Positions 36,740-48,606 of a stretch of DNA of 64,000 nucleotides are shown here, one piece after another. How positions within the stretch are numbered: position 1 is the first letter of the stretch; each line of letters opens with the position of its first letter. Source of the DNA: Leucoraja erinacea. Taxonomy: Eukaryota. A model generated the notes under the pieces. That model had not been told where the DNA came from and did not search any database. It saw nothing but the letters and a program-made list of their open reading frames with translations. The position numbers and the translations under genes were made by a program. The stretch is taken from NCBI RefSeq assembly GCF_028641065.1, contig NC_073391.1, positions 45,508,001 through 45,572,000 on the forward strand. The letters run 5' to 3'.

Positions 36740-37600
36740 CACCGGTCAATCCGTGCATTCGATGCGCTCCCGCCGCCGGGGACCGCACCGATTCTCCCCG
36801 CAGCCGGGGGCCGCTCCTCAGGCCGGGGCCTCGGTGCTGACTGATCCCGCGCCCGGATTCCCGCTCCTACCCGCCGCCGGTCCTCCGGAGTCGTTTGCCC
36901 ACTGACCGCATGCGCGCCTTGGGCTCTCCGCGCCTGCGCGCTTGGTATCGGCTGCAACATAGGGTGATTTCTGGGGCGCGGAGATTTCTGGGTAAAAAGG
37001 GCGCCATGGACATGATCTGAAATCACCGGCTCAACGTTCCTCGATAAAGTGCAAATAAACAGATAATGGGCTATTAATGGTCAGTGTTTTGTCCGAGCTG
37101 AGTTTAATAGCATGATGGCTGTGGGGAAGTGGCTATTCCTGAACCTGGTCGTTGCAGTCTTCAGGCAGTTCAAAAGTTCCACACTAACTGAACATCAAAT
37201 TAGAAAATGTTTAAAGTGTTTCGGCCCGAAACGTTTCCTATTTCCTTCGCTCCATAGATGCTGCTGCACCCGCTGAGTTTCTCCAGCTTTTTTGTTTACC
37301 ATCAAATTAGAAAAATCCCATGTGATCAACGACGTTATTCACGCCAAGCATCATGGCGTCCATTAGTGACCAGAATGCGCTGCGGCGTGGAACACGGTCT
37401 ATCTCTGCTACAGGAGCCGGAAGGCCAGGGGCAGAGAAAGGAAGTGCTGTCCCGGGCATGCGCGTTGGGGTGGGAGCGCCGCGGATGAAGGTCTGTCCTC
37501 AGCCCGAGCTCGTTTCCGGCCCCAGGTAGGAGCGCAGCGCGGGGCCGCGGGGATTACCGGCTCCCCGGGCCAGGCGTGGACGGGCAGGCCTCCGGGCTGG
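36740..37600. promoter_or_regulatory. Head-to-head CpG promoters of ZNF-8 (-) and ZNF-9 (+)
   Basis: Composite elements at 37007(-) and 37353(+); GCATGCGCG; plus-strand donor CAG|GTAGG at ~37525. Confidence 0.7.
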
Positions 37601-37654
37601 GAGAGTCCCGACCCTTCCACCCGCTCGCCCCCACCGAGCTCCGGAGATTCTCTC

Positions 37655-38550
37655 CACCCTGGACAAGCCCTAGAGACCACCCTCTCCCTCGACAAGCCCT
37701 AGAGACCACCCTCTCCCTCGACAAGCCCTAGACACACCTCACCCCCCTCCACCCTGGATAAACCCTAGACCCCCCCACCCCCCCTAGAGACCCCCGTCGA
37801 CAAGCCCTAGACCCCCCCCCCACCCTGGACAAGCCCTAGAGACACCCCCCCCCCCCCCCCCCTTCACCCTGGACAAGTCTAGCCACCCCCCCCCGCCTTC
37901 ACCCTGGACAAGCCTAGAGACCACACGCCCCCCCTCTCTACCCTCTATGACATTCTTGCCCTAGAGGGAGTACAGAGAATGTTCACCAGACTGATTCCTG
38001 GGATGGCAGGACTTTCATATGAGGAAAGACTGGATAGACTCGGCTTGTACACGTTGGAATTCAGAAGACTGAGGGGGGATCTTATAGAAACTTACAACAT
38101 TCTTAAGGGGTTGGACAGGCTAGATGCAGGATGTTGGGGAAGTCCAAATCTAGGGGTCACAGTTTAAGGAAAAGAGGGAAGACTTTTAGGACCGAGATGA
38201 GGAAATCATTTTTTACACAGAGAGTGGTGAATCTGTGGAATTCTGTGCCACAGAAGGTTGTTGAGGCCAGTTAATTGGCTATATTTAAGAGGGAGTTAGA
38301 TGTGGCCCTTGTGGCTAAAGGGATCAGGGGGTATGGAGAGAAGGCAGGGATGGGACACTGAGTTGGATGATCAGCCATGATCATATTGAATGGCGGTGCA
38401 GGCTCGAAGGGCCGAATGACCTACTCCTGCACCTGTTTTCTATGTTTCTACCCTGGACGAGCCCTAGAGACCAACCCACCCCCCTCCACCCTGGACAAAC
38501 CCTAGAGACAACCCCTTCACCCTGGACGCCCTAGAGATCCCCCCTCCCCC
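37655..38550. repeat. C-rich minisatellite (CACCCTGGACAAGCCCTAGAGA..) split by a CR1 insertion at ~37950-38450
   Basis: About 10 degenerate units on both sides of the CR1 fragment (FTRLIPGMAGLSYEERL). Confidence 0.8.
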
Positions 38551-39032
38551 ACGGATTTAGGGCAGTGTTCGTGTTGCTGGACTTTGATGTAGAGGGTTCG
38601 AGCAGTGATGATCTCATCCGATTCCGGGTGCAGGGCAGACCAAGTATTGTGATCAGGTCAGGTCTCCTTGGCTCGGGAAGAATTATTAAGTAACGTCCCA
38701 CCTCGTCCCTTCCTCTCCCTCTCTTCCATATGCCCCCCAAACTGTCCCTGATGCCCATCTTCCCGTTCCCCATCAGACAGGCACCCAGTATCATCAAAGA
38801 CTAACACGAGAAGTGGTTAACATATACATATAGATAGACGCAAAAAGCCAGCGCAACTCAGCGGGTCAGGCAGCATTTCTGGAGAGAAGGAATGAGTGAC
38901 GTTTCGTGTCGAGACCCATTCCTTCTATCCAAAGATGATGCCTGTCCTGCTGAGTTGGCTTTTGTGTCTTTCTTCGGTTTAAACCAGCATCTGCAGTTCC
39001 TTCCTAGATGTACATATACAGATATGTATATA

Positions 39033-39338
39033 CAGTGCCCTCCATAATGTTTGGGACAAAGACACATCATTTATGTATTTGCCTCTGTATTCCACAATTT
39101 GAGATTTGTAATAGAAAAAAAATCACATGTGGTTAACAATGCACATTGTCAGATTTTAATAAAGGCCATTTTAATATATTTTGGTTTCACCATGTAGAAA
39201 TTACAGCAATGTTTATACATCGTCCCCCCCATTTCAGGGCACCATAACATTTGGGACACATGGCTTCACAGATGTGTGCACTTTAACCACATGTGATTTG
39301 ATTTCTATTACAAATCTTAAATTTGTAATAGAAAAAAA
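39033..39338. mobile_element. Tc1 left-TIR fragment just upstream of the ZNF-9 acceptor
   Basis: TA|CAGTGCCCTCCATAATGTTTGGGACAAAGAC. Confidence 0.85.
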
Positions 39339-39396
39339 CAGGCCCTTCTCGCACCGCTTTGTGTTTTACAGACATTTCTCAGACAGGGTGTCTTTG

Positions 39397-40269
39397 ATGG
39401 AGGGCAACTCGAACCAGACGCCAGGCGATGATGATACTCCAGTGCCCCTCGATTCGCCCGGGCACCGTCGGCCTTTGAAGGTGGGAGGCGAGAGCTCGGT
39501 CGGCGGCAGCGGGGAGGAGCGGTTCAGGTGCTCGGAGTGCGGCCGGGGATTCAGCCGAGCGTCCGGCCTGTCCAGGCACCAGCGCTGCCACAGGGGGGAG
39601 AGGCCCTGGAAATGCGGGCACTGTGGGAAAGGCTTCAACTACGCGTCGCAGCTGGAGATCCACCGGCTGCGCCACACCAGGGAGCAGCCGTGGAAGTGCG
39701 GCGACTGCGGCAAGGGCTTCAGCTACCCGTCCCAGCTGGAGATTCACCGGCGCAGCCACACCGGCGAGAGGCCGTTCACCTGCTCCCAGTGCGGCATGGG
39801 CTTCTCCCACTCCTCCAGCCTCCTGACCCACCAGCGGGTCCACACGGCGGACAGGCCCTTCACCTGCTCCGAGTGCGGCAAGGGCTTCACCCGCTCCTGC
39901 CACCTCCTGCGGCACCGCCTGGTCCACGCCGGGGAGAGACTGTACGCCTGCTCCATGTGCGGCAAGGCCTTCAGCCAGTCCTCCTGCCTCCTCCGGCACC
40001 AGCGGGTCCACACTGGCGAGAAGCCCTTCACCTGCTTCCTGTGCGGCAAGGCCTTCAGCCAGACCTTCAACCTCCACGCCCACCAGCGGGTCCACACTGG
40101 CGAGCGGCCCTACACCTGCTTCACCTGCGGCAAAGGTTTCACCCAGTCGTCCAACCTGCTCACCCACCAGCGTGTCCACACCAGGGAACGGCCCTACACC
40201 TGCTCCGACTGTGGCAAGGGCTTCAGCGGCTTGTCTAGCCTCCGGAAACACCGGCAAATCCACGAATGA
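39397..40269 (+). CDS. C2H2 zinc-finger protein ZNF-9, 9 fingers, paralog of ZNF-5 and ZNF-10
   Basis: Acceptor GTGTTTTACAG| at 39371; ATG (MEGNSN) at 39397; [17 protein letters not shown] finger shared with ZNF-5. Confidence 0.9.
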   Translation: MEGNSNQTPGDDDTPVPLDSPGHRRPLKVGGESSVGGSGEERFRCSECGRGFSRASGLSRHQRCHRGERPWKCGHCGKGFNYASQLEIHRLRHTREQPWKCGDCGKGFSYPSQLEIHRRSHTGERPFTCSQCGMGFSHSSSLLTHQRVHTADRPFTCSECGKGFTRSCHLLRHRLVHAGERLYACSMCGKAFSQSSCLLRHQRVHTGEKPFTCFLCGKAFSQTFNLHAHQRVHTGERPYTCFTCGKGFTQSSNLLTHQRVHTRERPYTCSDCGKGFSGLSSLRKHRQIHE

Positions 40270-42149
40270 ACCCCCGGGGAGGAGGAATGGTGGGGGCGGC
40301 CACAGTTGTTCAATGAAGATAGACACAAAGTGCCGGAGTAAATCAGCGAGGCAGGCCACATCTCAGGAGAGAAGGAATGGGTCACATTTTGGTTCCAACC
40401 CTTCTCAATGATTCAATTCAATAATACTGTATTATCACGTGTATCTCAGCGCAGTGGAATTCTTTGTTTTGCAAACAACCAGGATTTCCAACACGTGGAC
40501 TGGACTTTGGACTGTTTGTGTTTTATTTTTTATTTTAAACTGCGTCAAAATTGTGGCAGCTATACGTTTGTGGTTGTGCAAAAAAAAACCTGCTGATATT
40601 GTAAAAGAATGCTGTGCATAGGTGACAGTTACAAACCATTGAACCTGGGAAAGCCAGACAGCAGACCTCACCTGGGCAATATAGAAAGAGTCACCATGTG
40701 TCTGATGCTGATCAAGTCACAATACGTTCATAGGACCAAAAATCATTGAGCGGAGCAAGATGGTTCACTCTGCGAAAAAGCCATAGTAGGTGATGGGTAA
40801 TGTTCAGCGCCATTTCCGTAACCAGCTTCCGTCATGGCATCTTCATCTACAAGCGGAGCGTACCAAAGATCCTAGAGCGGTTCCAGCAATTTATAGCAGA
40901 GCAGTATGCTCTGAGCAGTAAGCAGATCATAGAACAATACGCTCTATAATATTTAGGAGCGTACTGCTCTGCTATAATTTGCTGTAATTCTCAGCCTCAG
41001 AGTGCGGTGGAGGCAGGTTCTCTGGATGCTTTCAAGAGAGAGCTAGATAGGGCTCTTAAAAATAGTAGAGTCAGGGGATATGGGGAGAGGGCAGGAACGG
41101 GGTACTGATTGAGGCCGATCAGCCATGATCATATTGAATGGCAATGCTGGCTCGAAAGGCCGAATGGCCTACACCTGCACTTATTGTCTATTGTCTATTG
41201 AATCACCAATGTAGGAGACCCGACCTGTCTTTCTTGGGCTCCCCACGAAAAACGATCTTTGGTTGGAACGACTGTTACTCAGCTGGTGCTGATATGTTGA
41301 GACTCGGAACCAGAGTGTGTTTTAACTTGTTTGGCCTGTCTAAACGACACCAAGCAATTGATGTCAAGGGCTTAAACGAGTTTCCACACTTTATTCGGCT
41401 TTATTCAGAAAATTGCAGCAACAGCGATAATTAAATTAGAGAATGGAACGAGACAGGTTGGAGTTGAATGAAGTAGGCGAAGCAGAGAGAAATCACAAGA
41501 AAAAGACTCGCTCAGCTCAATGTATCAATAATAGTATTTAAAAAACTGGCCAACCCAGTCTCACCTTCCCCAGTAAATTAACAGCGATACTGCAATAAAT
41601 TTTGTAACATTGTGTTCCTGTCATCTGTATTTGTTCTGGAGATTGATGAAACGGACCTAACCTTTGGCAGAAGTAATTGGCTGGTGTATGAAGCTATAGC
41701 TGGATTTTTTGTGTCCTCGATCCAGATTTAATACAATTTTGCTCTGTATCTAAGATTCTTGCAGAGGCAGCACAAGCTAATTCAAGGAGATTCCGCTATC
41801 TCAGGCTGAGCGATTAAAGGATAGACACAATATGCAGCGTGTCGGGCGGCACATCTGGACAAAAGGAATAGGTGACATTTCGGGTCGAGACCCATCTTCA
41901 GACTGAGTCTGGGGAAAGAGGAACAAGAGATATGGACGGTTCTAAGGACAAATGAATGGAAGATGTGCATATATCTCCCATTTTCCTTTCCCTTGACTGT
42001 CAGTCTGAAGAAGACCAGTTGACCCGAAATATCACCTATTCCTTTTCTCCAGAGATGCTGCCTGATCCGCTGATTTACTCCAGCCTTTTGTGTCTGCCTG
42101 TCTTCGGTTTAAAGCAGCATCTGCAGCTCCTCCCTGTCATACAGCACAG

Positions 42150-42245
42150 ACATATGCGCGGTGTCGAGACCGAGCATGCGCCCAGGGGCTCCCAGTCCCC
42201 GGCACGGGTTGCCATGGCAACGCCGCCTCCGCCGTTCGCGCCCTT
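42150..42245. promoter_or_regulatory. Small CpG patch with a perfect palindromic X-box (RFX-type)
   Basis: GTTGCCATGGCAAC at 42208-42221; GCATGCGC at ~42174. Confidence 0.5.
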
Positions 42246-42371
42246 CCTCTTGCAGAGAGCACTGGTAAAACAAAAGCAAGAGCAACGCGGCATCGAATTT
42301 GTCAAGGGCATTTAATTCCAGCCCAGTAACAGGAGATTCATCACCAAGCTCCCACTTACAACAATGAGAAG

Positions 42372-42588
42372 TGGGTAGGAAGGAACTGCAGATGCTGGTT
42401 TAATCCAAAGATAGACACAAAAAGCTGGAGTAACTCAGCAGGACAGGCAGCATCTCTGGAGAGAAGGAATGGGTGACGTTTCGGATCGAGACCCTTCTTC
42501 AGACGTCTCGACCAGAAACGTTACCCATTCCTTTTCTCCAGAGATGCTGCCAATCTCACTGAGTTACTCCAGCTTTTTGTGTCTATCG
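42372..42588. mobile_element. Palindromic Penelope-derived insert, 14-bp TSD
   Basis: ACAACAATGAGAAG at 42358-42371 and 42589-42602; GATAGACACAAAAAGCTGGAGTAACTCAG inverted at both ends. Confidence 0.85.
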
Positions 42589-43237
42589 ACAACAATGAGA
42601 AGCTAGCAACTGCCGATGCTGGGATCATGTGCAGGGTATAATATGCAGGAGGAACTCAAAGGGTCAGGCAGCATCTGCGGACGGAATGGTCAGATCATAA
42701 TTCGGGTCTAGACCCTTAGGCGGGCTGATGTGGGGGGGGGGGGGGGGGGGAGCGGAGAATGCTGGAAGATGGGTGGAAACAGGAGAAAGCCTGATGAGTG
42801 ATGGGTGGATGCAGGTGAGGGGGTGGGGGTCGATTGGCAGACGGATGGGCAAAGGCTAGAGAAGAAGATACAAAACAATGCAATTGGAATTCATGATGCA
42901 ACACTAGACACACTGGCGACAATTTTCAATTTAAGCTAATTAGCCTACCTGTACGTCTTTGGAGAGCGGTTGGAAACCGGAGCACCCGGAGAAAACACAC
43001 GCAGGTCACAGGGAAAACGTACAAACTCCATGCAGACAAGCACCAGTAGTCAGCATCAAACCCGGAGTTTCAGACTCTGTAAAGCAGTAACTCCACCGCT
43101 GCAGTACAAACTGATCCTCTTAATTCCTTCTAAACATGTCAGGAGTACCACCCTCCCACACTCCCCATTGTTAAACAGACAACTGACCGGGTATTTCAAA
43201 GGGTGGCGATTTATTCGGCATTTGTCAAGAGCATTTA

Positions 43238-44841
43238 CAGCGCCCCCCATCATTGTTTGGGACAAAGACCCATCATTTATTTATTTGCCTGTGTACCCTG
43301 CAATTTGAGATTTGTAATAGAAAATAAAATCACATGTGGTTAAAGTGCACATTGTCAGATTTTATTATATGGTATATTTATACATATTGGTTTCACCATG
43401 TAGAAATTACAGCTGTGTTTATACATAGCCCCCCCATTTCAGGGCACCATAATGTTTGGGACACATGGCTTCACAGGCGTTTGTAGTTGCTCGGGTGTGT
43501 TTAAATGCCTCCCTAATGCAGGTATAAGAGAGCTCTCAGCTCCTAGTCTTTCCTCCAGTCTTTCCACCGCCTTTGGAAACTTTTATTGCTGTTTATCAAC
43601 ATGAGGACCAAAGTTGTGCCAATGAAAGTCAAAGAAGCCATTATGAGACTGAGAAACAAGAATAGACTGTTAGGGACATCAGCCAAACCTTAGGCTTACT
43701 AAAATCAACTGTTTGGAACATCATTAAGGAGAAAGAGCACTGGTGAGTTTACTAATTGGAAAGGGATTGGCAGTTCATTGAAGACTTCCACAGTGGATGA
43801 CAGAATAATTATCTCCATAATAAAGAAAAATCCCCAAACACCTGTTCGACAGGTCAGAAACACTCTTCAGAAGTCAGGTGTGGATTTGTCAATGACCACT
43901 GTCCGCAGAAGACTTCATTGAATAGAAATACAGAGGCCACACTGCAAGATGCAAACCACTGGTTAGCTGCAAAAATAGGATTACCAGGTTACAGTTTGCC
44001 AAGAAGTACTTAAAAGAGCAACCACAGTTCTGGAAAAAGGTATTGTGGACAGATGAGACGACGATGAACATATCAGAGCAAAGTATGGAGGAGAGTAAGC
44101 ACTGCCCAAGATCCAAAGCATACCACCTCATCTGTGAAACACGGTGGTGGGGGTGTTATGGCCTGGGCATGTATGGCTGCTGAAGGAACTGGCTCACTTA
44201 TCTTCATTGAGGATACAACTGCTGACGGTAGTAGCATAATGAATTCTGAAGTGTATAGACACATCCTATCTGCTCAAGTTCAAACAAATGCCTCAAAATT
44301 CATTGTAGAGCAAGCCAATGATCCCAAACATACCGCAAAAGCAACAGAGGAGTTTTTCAAAAGTGGTCAATTCTTGAGTGGCCAAGTCAATCACCCGATC
44401 TGAACCCAATTGAGCATACCTTTTATAAGCCCTCAAAACAAGCATAAGATAAAGATGGCTGCAATACAGGCCTGGAAGAGCATCATCAGAGTAGACACCC
44501 AGCAACTGGTGATGTCCATGAATCGCAGACTTCAAGCAGTATTGCATGCAAAGGATATGCAACAAAATACTAAACATAACTGCTATCATTTGTTTCCATT
44601 GCTGTTCCAAACATTATGGTGCCCTGAAATTGGGGGGGGGGGGGGGGGGGGGCTATGTATAAACATTGCTATAATTTCTACATGCTGAAACCAAAACGTA
44701 TAAAAATGGCCTTTATTAAAATCTGACAATGTGCACTTTGAACCACATGTGATTTTTTTCTATTACAAATCTCAAATTGTGGAGTACAGAGGCAAATAAA
44801 TAAATGGTGGGTCTTTGTCCCAAACATTATGGAGGGCAGTG
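43238..44841 (+). mobile_element. Full-length but decayed Tc1-family transposon (~1.6 kb, long TIRs)
   Basis: TIRs of ~200 bp; transposase remnants from ATG 43601: VLWTDET, KHGGGGVMAW, NDPKHT, SPDLNPIE, with stops and frameshifts; TA on the left, TG on the right. Confidence 0.9.
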
Positions 44842-44952
44842 TGATTCCAGTCCAGTTACAGGTGATTTACCATCAGCAGAATGAGCCCAACCTGGGGCGT
44901 GAAAGTGGTCCATTCGTGGATATAATTACAGTTCTAATGGAGTAACAACGAG

Positions 44953-45838
44953 TCACTTGTGAATCCGCTGGTGAGTGCGCAGGTTGGAGGAATGGCTGAA
45001 GGCTCTGCCGCACTCCGGGCACACGTAGGGCCTCTCCCCAGTGTGGACCCGCCGGTGGGTAAGCAAAGAGGAGGAGCGGGTGAACCTCTTCCCGCACTCG
45101 GTGCAGGAGTAGGGCCGCTCCCCGGTGTGGACCTTCAGGTGCTTCCTCAGGTTGGTCGACTGCCCGAACTCCTTGCCGCACTCGAGGCAGGTGAAGGGCC
45201 TCTCTCCCGAGTGGACCCTCTGGTGCTTCCTCAGGTTGGTCGACTGGCTGAAGTCCTTGCCGCACTCGGGGCACGTGAAGGGCTTCTCCCCGGTGTGGAC
45301 CCGCTGGTGCGTCAGGAGGCTGGACGAGCGGCTGAACCTCTTGCCGCACTCGGCGCAGGCGAAGGGTCTCTCGCCGGTGTGGCTGCGCTGGTGCATGTGC
45401 AGCGAGGAGGAGCGGGTGAAACCCTTCCCGCACACGGGGCAGTTGACGGGCTTGTCCCTGCTGTGGGCCCCGCTGGTGCTCCTGCAGCTCGGACGACAGC
45501 GCGAACCCCTCGCCGCACGTTGGGCAGGGGAAGAGCCTCTCCCTGGCATGGCCGCGCCGGTGGATCCCCAACTGAGTCAGGTAGTTGAAGCCCTTCCCGC
45601 AGTCCGCGCACTTCCACAGCTTCTCGCCGCTGTGGCTGCGCTGGTGCCTCAGCAGCTGCGACGCCCGACCGAAGCCCTGCCCGCACTCCGAACACGGGAA
45701 CCACTTCCCCCCGTCGTCCGCCGGGCCCTTGGCCTCCGCGTCCGAAAGCCGGCCCGGCTGAGATCCCGAAGGGAGCAGCGACTCCGGCAGGTCTTCGCCT
45801 GAGCTTCGGTTCGAGTCTCCCGTTTGTGAATCCTCCAT
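44953..45838 (-). pseudogene. C2H2 ZNF-10, 9 fingers, interrupted by a +1 G at 45468-45471 (pseudogene or sequence error)
   Basis: CAG CGG GGCC CAC: removing one G restores HQRAH and joins the two ORFs (886 = 885+1 nt); acceptor at 45842. Confidence 0.8.
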
Positions 45839-46384
45839 CACCTTGGGGGGGAAAGACAGCAGTCATCAGTCACACCCTTCCATCGACAGCATCCACACCT
45901 CACGCTGTCTCGGCAAGGCCACCAGCACAAACAAAGTTACCAGTCTCACCCCAGTCTCACCTCTTCTCCCCTCCCCCATCGGACAAAAGGTACAGAAGTT
46001 TGAAAACGCAAAGATGGACGCAAAATGCTGGAGTAACACAACGGATCAGGCAGCATATCTGGAGAAAAGAGATGGGTTATGTTACAGGGTGAGACCCTTC
46101 AGACTTCTGAGCAGTAGCTCTTCCGCTGCGCCACATTTCTACCTTTCGGATCAAGGATCCTCTTCAAGCAAGACGATTCGCGGGTTAGATAAACAAATGT
46201 AAAAATATTACCGACTATTTAAATGAATGGATGATTGAATGGATAAACGAACTGATCAATGAAAGGTGAAGGTAGACAAAAGTGCTGGAGAAACTCAGCG
46301 GGTAAGGCAGGATCTATGGAGCGAAGGCAACGTTTCGGGCCGAAACCCTTCTTCAGACTGATGTGAATGAAAAGGTGAAATTAA

Positions 46385-46860
46385 CTCACTTTTTCCATGC
46401 CGAGCTTGGCTCGATCTTCTGCCGTTGCTTCCATCAACTTGAATATCGGGTGCTGGGCGGAGTCAGACCATGGGGCATATTTACCAGGCACGGTCTGTAA
46501 TCTGAGCCCCGCCGCTGGTCCCGGTGGATCAATGGCCGCCGTCTTACCCAGAAGCACCCGCGTGCCAGAAACCGCTGTATCTGCGGCAGCGGCAGCGGCG
46601 GAGACGCGCCCCTCCCCCACTCGCCGCGCTCTTCCACTCTGCTCCTCCTCCGGCTTCACCCTCCCGTCCACCGCACCGGGATCCCGGTCGGCTCTCAAGG
46701 CTCCTGGATCGGTAGCTTGTGTCCCGAGCAGATGGAAGGCGACGCCGGCAACGCAGCCTCCCCCCCCCCCCGTCGCCGCTGTCCTCCTGTGCAACCGGCG
46801 AACATCCGGATCCTGTGGCGGCGCTGCGCATGCGCGGCATTCAGCAGCCCGCCCTCGCCT
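46385..46860 (-). promoter_or_regulatory. CpG island, promoter and exon 1 of ZNF-10
   Basis: TGCGCATGCGCG at ~46825; composite element at 46532; donor AAA|GTGAGT at 46390/46389. Confidence 0.7.
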
Positions 46861-47092
46861 TCTGTCAGCTGCAAAGAAAGACAACAAATGCTGGAGGAAC
46901 CAGCGCCCGGGGCAGCATCTCTGGACAACATGGAGAGGCCACCGTTCTGGTCGGGACCATTCTTCAGATTCACTGGGGCTGGGAGAGGAAGCTGGAAAAA
47001 TGTGTGCCCTGCAAAGTTACTTTAAAGTTAGAATGTCGAAACAAGGAACTGCGGATGCTGGCTTTGCAGAAAAATAATAAAAGTACTGGTGT

Positions 47093-47465
47093 AGATTCAG
47101 ATTCAGATTCAGATTCAGATTCAGATTCAGATTCAGATTCAAACTTTATTGTCATTGTGCAGTGTGCAGTACAGAGACAACGAAATGCAGTTCGCATCTC
47201 CCTAGAAGAGCGACATAGAATATGAGCAATAAATAAATATATTTACGTGCATACATAGTAGTGCAATTATTATTTTTTCCTGGTGGGAGGAGTGTCGCGG
47301 GGGGGGAAGGATTGGCAGTCACCGAAGTACAGTGTTGAGTAGTGTAGCCGCAGGGAAGAACGGCAACGGAGAGACCTGTAGCGCCTCCTGGATGGTCGGA
47401 GGGTAAACAGTCTGTGGTTGGGGTGAGAGCAGTCCTTGGCGATGCTGAGCGCCCTTCGCAGACAA
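47093..47465 (-). mobile_element. LINE 3' end (Rex1-like) with (GATTCA)n microsatellite tail
   Basis: About 8 GATTCA units at 47093-47141 followed by TTTATTGTCATTGTG. Confidence 0.65.
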
Positions 47466-48606
47466 TGTAGCTCAATGGATCAGGCAGCATCGGGTTGGGA
47501 CCCTTTTTTAAATAGATGGGGGGAGGGGTGGGGGGGAGGGGGGTGTGGAGAGAACGTTTGCGTGCAAACTTGCTTTTTCACATTGAATGGCGGTGCTGGC
47601 TCGAAGGGCCGAATGGCCCCCTCCTGCACCTATTTTTCTATCTTGGATGTAGAAACACGGAACTGCAGATGCTGGGTTTACAGAAAAAAAAGACACAGAG
47701 TGTTGGAATAACTCAACGGGTCCGGCAGCATTCGGAAAGGTCCCGACCCGAAACGTTGCCCATCCACGTTCTCCGGACACGCTGAGTTACTTCGGCACTT
47801 TGTTTTTTTTAAATTTGTGAACCAGCATCTGCAGTTCCTTGTTACTGCATTGTTTTATAGTTGCTTGTTTTAAGTAGCTCTTTGCCCGGCCACGGGATCT
47901 CCTAAAATAATCCACAGACAGTGACTCAAAACGGCGCATATTCCTTCGCTCCATAGATGCTGCCTCCTCCGCTGAGTTTCTCCAGCATTTGTGTCTACCG
48001 CAGACAGTGACTGTTAAGCGTCGGAGAAGGTACAGCCGGGAATAGCACGGTGACAAACACGAGATGTGGGCGGTGTGGCAGCTGGGACGTGGATTACAAA
48101 ACAACAGGGATCACCAAAATAAAATAGGGAGAGTTTAAGAAATAGCGAAGTATGACAACAAGATACAAGGGAGGAGGGTGGGGTTGGTGAAACCGCACTT
48201 GGAATACTGCCCACTGTTTATGCCCCTTTATTTTTAGAAAAGATACTGGGACTGAAGGAAGTCTATGTTAATGTTTTTAATGTAATGCATCTGACACAAA
48301 AGATCGCTTGACTACACAAATTATTCCCTGACGTCTGAAGAAGGGTCTCGACCCGAAACGTCTCCTACCCACGATCTGCAGCCTCACAGCACGAGAGATC
48401 ATTCTTCAGACACACCGACGGTAGACACAAAAATGCTGGAGAAATTCCGCGGATCAGGCAACATCTCTCGAGAAAAGGAATAGGTGACGTTCTTCAGAAC
48501 CCTGAGGAATGGTCGACCGGAAACGTCATCTATGGTGCCTGACACAATGAGTTACTCCAGCATTTTGTGTCTATAGTGGGTGTAAACCAGCATCTGAAAG
48601 TCCTCC

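Larger units (their letters stand above)
25722..37040. repeat. Tandem segmental triplication; units ~25722-29723, ~29724-34459, ~34460-37040, each with one minus-strand ZNF gene
   Basis: Repeated blocks, e.g. GGTCTCTCCACTT.CGACTTCTGCAGCTGAGATAG at ~25746, ~29747, ~34482; paralogous MEKLLASSEC proteins. Confidence 0.92.

Noticed and set aside
39181-39396. Extended N-terminus of the 362-aa ZNF-9 ORF
   Set aside because: Starts at TTG inside a Tc1 TIR upstream of the splice acceptor at 39371.
46381-47225. Ala/Pro/Arg-rich ORFs in CpG islands (also 20169-20836, 7426-7991, 53088-53615)
   Set aside because: Stop-poor GC-rich promoter DNA running into repeats; no recognisable domains.
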